This document shows, in pieces, positions 59,757 to 64,000 of a DNA stretch of 64,000 nt; the first letter of the stretch is position 1; each line of letters begins with the position of its first letter. The notes under the pieces were generated by a model that did no database searches, was not told the origin of the DNA, and saw only the letters and a list, made by a program, of their open reading frames with translations. The translations under genes and the position numbers were made by a program. Location of the stretch: contig NW_005434670.1 of NCBI RefSeq assembly GCF_000315625.1, positions 1,008,258 through 1,072,257 of the forward strand. Direction: 5' to 3'. This DNA comes from Guillardia theta CCMP2712 (Eukaryota > Protista > Cryptophyta).

Positions 59757-62691
59757 ATGTCGGATCCTATCTCACAGCTCGGGTCATGGTTTGGCCAAGA
59801 GAGAAATCAGAGCTTTGGAGAACTTCCGAGCAGGAGGAGCAGTGCACAGACAGTGGCGAAGGTGCCTGAGAAAGACAAGACCGAATGCTTCGGTGTCGGG
59901 CTAGCGTTCGAGATCGGGAGGGACAGCAGTCTGTTTGTGTCACAGCTGGACCCATCATGCTCTGCTGCTCGGTCAGGAGTGATCCAAGTGCATGACGAGA
60001 TCTTGAAGATCGATGGGGAGTTGGTCGAGAAGCAGTCCCTGAACCTTCTCAAGTCCAGGGTGCTGGGCAGGCAGGGCAGCTTCGTGAACATGACGTTTCG
60101 ACGCCTTACCGATCGAGGATTGTTCGTGTTCGAGGTTGAGCTGATGAGAGGGGCCGCAGAGTTCATCGAGATCGTCAGCCAGTGCAAGCTGATGACCAAG
60201 GAGAACAAGAAGCTGGTGGCTCAGATTCGAGAGTCCGAGCTGACGGCTGAGTCACACAGGGAGAACATGATGACGATGCTCAAGGATCTGCAGAAGTTCG
60301 AAGAGATTACAGCACAGTATCAAGCTCTTCAGAGGAGGGCGGAGGGGGAGAACGAGCGGCTGTCCAAGGAAGTGGCTCAGCTCAGGCAGCTCCTTGCGGA
60401 TCGAGGGGAGCAAGGCGACCAGGTGTGTCCGGCAGGAGGAGGATTGCTGGTTGACGATCTGGCCAGGACTTGAAACAGCGCGAGGAAGTAGAAGCTCGTC
60501 TGCTAGCGGAGGTCCCTGCATGTTCCTCCGACGGATGTGACTGACGATGAAGCAGAGGAAGGAGTTGGAGTTGTTCTATCAAGGAAGAGAAGAGGAGCTC
60601 AAAAGAGAGGTACTCCAAGTCTTCTCTTCATGGCCATCCTGCTGGACAGCCGTGACCTGTGTTTCAGGTTCAAAGCCTCCAGGCCGTCATCAGAGACATG
60701 CAGGCAGCAAGGGAGAGGAGTCAGCAGGAGCAGCAGCAGCTTCTGCAGCACGAGCAGGAGCATCGAGGGCTCACCGCGGAGCTCGAAGAGCTGAGAACTG
60801 CGAATAATAATTTGACCGCTAGAGTTGTCAAGATGAATGAGGAGATGACGTCCAAGAGGCTGCAGGGGGCAGCTCGGGAAGAGCACATGCTGGATCAGAT
60901 CAGGCAGGCGGAGCGAGAGAGCTCGTCGTTGAGGAAAGAGATCGAAGGAGTGAAAACTCAGCTGGAGTTGACGAGGTTGGAGCTGAAGGAGAAGGAGTTG
61001 GAGGTAGCGAGGATGAACAGCGGGAGCCAGGAGGAGATGAAGACGTTGGCCGCCAAGCATGACAAGTCGCTGTCCAAGATCGTCAAGTTGGAGGAGGAGA
61101 TCTGGAGCAAGAAGTCGGAGCTGCAGGCGTTCGAGCAGAGGATAAGGCTTCTGACGGAGAAGACGGAGACCGTCGGATCGGAGAGGGACGAATGGAGGAG
61201 AAGGTTTACCAATATGGAGGAGAAGAACAAACACCTCATGATCGAGCTAGAAGCGACCAAGTCAGAGGCCAAGAGGACGGTCGCGGAGGTCGTCAAGGAA
61301 AAAGACATTCACATCTCCAGCCTCGAAGAGGAGGTGGAAACTCTGCGAGCAGACAAGGACAGGATCAAGGTGCTCAGCAGCCGCACCCGCCAGGAGCTCT
61401 TCCAGCAGCGCGAGAGGACTGAGAGCCTGGAGGAGGAGGTGCGGCGGCTAGGCGATCTGATGCAGGAGGAGCAGGAAGGGAAGAAGAAGCTCTCGCAAGA
61501 GATCTCCCTCCTCGTCCGCCAACTCGACGAGCTCCGCGATCGCTCGTCCTCCATGATGGTGGATGAGAGTCGCTCGCAGCTGGCTGCGATGCAAGAGGAG
61601 CTGGCGAGAGAGCGACAGTCGCGTCAGGAGGCGGAGGAGAGGCTCCTCACTGCTCTCCTGGAACGAGAGGAGGTTGTTGAGAGCAAGGATCAGGTCAAGG
61701 TGGAGCTGACAAGCAACAAGCAGCTGGTCGAGGCGCTTCACGGGGTGGGAGAGCTCCAGGTGAAGCTCTCAGAGGACATCGCCATCTTCCTTGATAGCCT
61801 CGACCTCGCCCATCAGCCCTCCTGGTCGCCACTGGAGGAGGAGCAGAAGAAGCCCTCCTGGTCCCTGTGGAGCTCGGATCACTCCGCATCTGTGCTTGAA
61901 CTGCTGGGCAAGCAGGAGGCAAGCATGCTCGTGCTCTCCAGCAGCCTCGGACAAGCTGACTCGTCCTGCGAACGACTCGCCCAGCTCACTCGCCAGCTGC
62001 ACGAGTCCTTCGAGTCTCAGGGAAGCCTGAGATCCACCGCGAGAGTGAGGCAGGAAGAGGAGACGGCGGGGGAGGAGAGGGGAGGCGAGGAGCCGTCAAG
62101 TAGTCCCATGGACAGCTTGAACCATGTTGGGGAGGGAGGAGAGGAGAATGGAACGGATGTGGGCGGGGTGGCGGTGGAGGAATCGAGCGGCGCGCGTGAC
62201 AGTCAAGTGGGTCGCTTCTTAGTTAACGGCTTCAAGGTGAAGGAGGACGATCAGTTGAAGCCTGTTGTGGAGATCCTCCGCTCCGTACCGAAGCGAGGAT
62301 GCCTGTGGAAAGGAGTGCGAAAGAGTTCCAAGCTGAATTTCAGCGAAGGAGAGTCAAATTGCGTGTATCTGCTACCAGAGCAGGAAGAAGATGAAGGAAC
62401 TTGTGCTCCCGTCAGCAGCTGGCGGACTTCCCTCGATGTAGAGGTAACGAACTTGATTCTTACGGCAGTTTTCCCTTCTCTCACTCCCCGCTCCCTTCCC
62501 TCTGCTTCTCACTATCACCCCCCCTCCTCACCTCTGCGCTTGCTCGAGTACTGGCGCCTGCCTTGTCCTTGATTTCTACTGCCCATGAATACTTGAGGCA
62601 GGAAGAGCTGGAAGTGGCCGAGGAGGAGCTTGACCAGCTTGTCCGAGAAAACACTCGCGTGAATGCAGGCTCTTCCTACAGCTTCTGCTGA
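59757..62691 (+). CDS. PDZ domain + long coiled-coil protein, multi-exon (3' end approximate)
   Basis: GVGLAF..LFVSQLDPSCSAARSGVIQVHDEILKIDG..VLGRQGSFVNMTFRR (PDZ) followed by more than 400 aa of heptad-rich sequence. Confidence 0.8.
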
Positions 62692-62780
62692 GTCTTTTGC
62701 GCCTCCTCCATGTTTGTCCTACCGGCATACTAACAAGAAAGAATAGTCTATTAACAATCTCTACTTCTCAACACTGCTTC

Positions 62781-64000
62781 TCACTGTACAACTGTGTTGC
62801 GAAACTGTACATAAGACTTGTGCAGCCCCGACTTGAGGCTGTACATGTCGTGCAAGATCACCTTGACAGCCGCGCGTTAGAGGAGCAGACGGGCGAGAAA
62901 AAGACAAGGAAGAAACAAGTAGCCACGACGATCAGCGAGCCAGACGGCAGGAGCAGGACGGGGGAGACAGCTTACCTGCATCTCACAGATATGACGATGG
63001 AGACCTTCGGTTGTCTCCCACTCGCTCAGAGGAACCAGCATGCAGCTGTTCATGATCGAGCTCTTGATGTACCCCACCTGCTCAACCTCAGATCGTAGGA
63101 CAGCTCAGGCGACAATGTCCTACCTCCACACAAACGCACACATCGCGATACCCGACCGTCTCATGCTTGTTGTATGCGGGATCATACCTGCGGTGAAGAT
63201 GAGGAGGAGAGGAGAGGAGGTGCGTGTCGTCAGCTCACCTGTTCTTGATGCATGTGATGCTCATGAACTTCTTGCTCAGCTCCACTCCCTCTCCCTCCGA
63301 CTCCTGCGGACACGAGACTCTCAGACGACTGTCGGTCGGCCCCCAAGACCAGCACAAGCTCACCTCAGCCCCATCAGGCTGCACTTTCCCCCTGTGCGGG
63401 AACCGCTTCTCGTACCCGAACGCAACCTCCGACGTCCTCATCAGATGCTCCACCCACCGCGTCAGCTCCGTCAGGTCCTTCACCACAATGCTGCACCGCA
63501 CGAGGTCCGTGAGCTTGGAGCAGTCTCGCTCGTAGGACCGCACGACTTTCTGCAGAGCGCGCGAGCATGTCTTGATGTTTCCCTGCTTCACCACTCCGTG
63601 CGCGTTCCACCGAGCCACGAAGTCCTGGAAAGGACCGCTCAGCTGCTGCGCTTCTTTGTACAAGAGCTCGATGTCGTTAGATCTTTGCCCCATCTTGAGA
63701 CGTTTGGAGATGCGGGGTTTGTACAGACCCATCAGGATCATCGCCTTCCGACCGAGGCCTCGTCGTTCTGTCTGCCGCGCAACGAGTAGGAGGGAGTTGA
63801 CTTGTCTGGTGAGCTGATACAAACGTTGTAGCATGTCGGCTTCGTTGCGTCTCATCCTGTTCCACGCCTCGCTGAACGCATTTGATTTTTCCTCCAGCTC
63901 CTCGTAGATCGCACGAAGCTTCAAGTAATACATCACAGGCATGGAAATGGCAAGACCAAGCAACACGGTGCCGTACACGTAGAACAAGTAAATGGCCCAC
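62781..64000 (-). CDS. Transmembrane protein with C-terminal RelA/SpoT synthetase-like nucleotidyltransferase domain (5' end outside window)
   Basis: TM WAIYLFYVYGTVLLGLAISMPVMYYL; spliced domain IKTCSRALQKVVRSY..LTDLVRCSIV..IKNR/YDP..VGYRDVCVCVE/..HICEMQ/VILHDMYSLKSGLHKSYVQFRN*. Confidence 0.7.

Overview
Gene-dense eukaryotic nuclear DNA with many short (~45-55 nt) GT-AG introns, microsatellite-expanded introns and two 100-N gaps. The style suggests a cryptophyte alga (Guillardia/Hanusia-like); this is an inference. About 19 protein genes can be supported: an algal membrane protein, an EHD/dynamin-like GTPase, an LRR protein, a receptor kinase-guanylyl cyclase, CHMP2, a bacterial-type UDP-galactopyranose mutase, a coiled-coil/PA/MORN protein, a PEHE-motif protein, a retinoblastoma-related protein, VPS13, two near-identical SVOP-like MFS transporters flanking a PH-like gene, an enkurin-domain protein, MARCH6/Doa10, thioredoxin, a Cys-rich orphan, ACT-type SerB, a PDZ/coiled-coil protein and, at the right edge, a membrane-anchored RelA/SpoT synthetase-like protein. 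The most notable observations are: (1) the spliced RelA/SpoT-like gene with all synthetase motifs and no adjacent hydrolase domain; (2) a dispersed ~30-bp element (TTTACTCAAAGTTAAGTTAAAAATCAGTAC) in CpG-rich intergenic islands; (3) a 21-nt hyperdivergent patch in otherwise ~99% identical transporter duplicates; (4) a receptor guanylyl cyclase whose kinase domain keeps its catalytic motifs. Gene models were spliced by eye, so boundaries are approximate. No rRNA, tRNA, CRISPR array or transposase was recognised.
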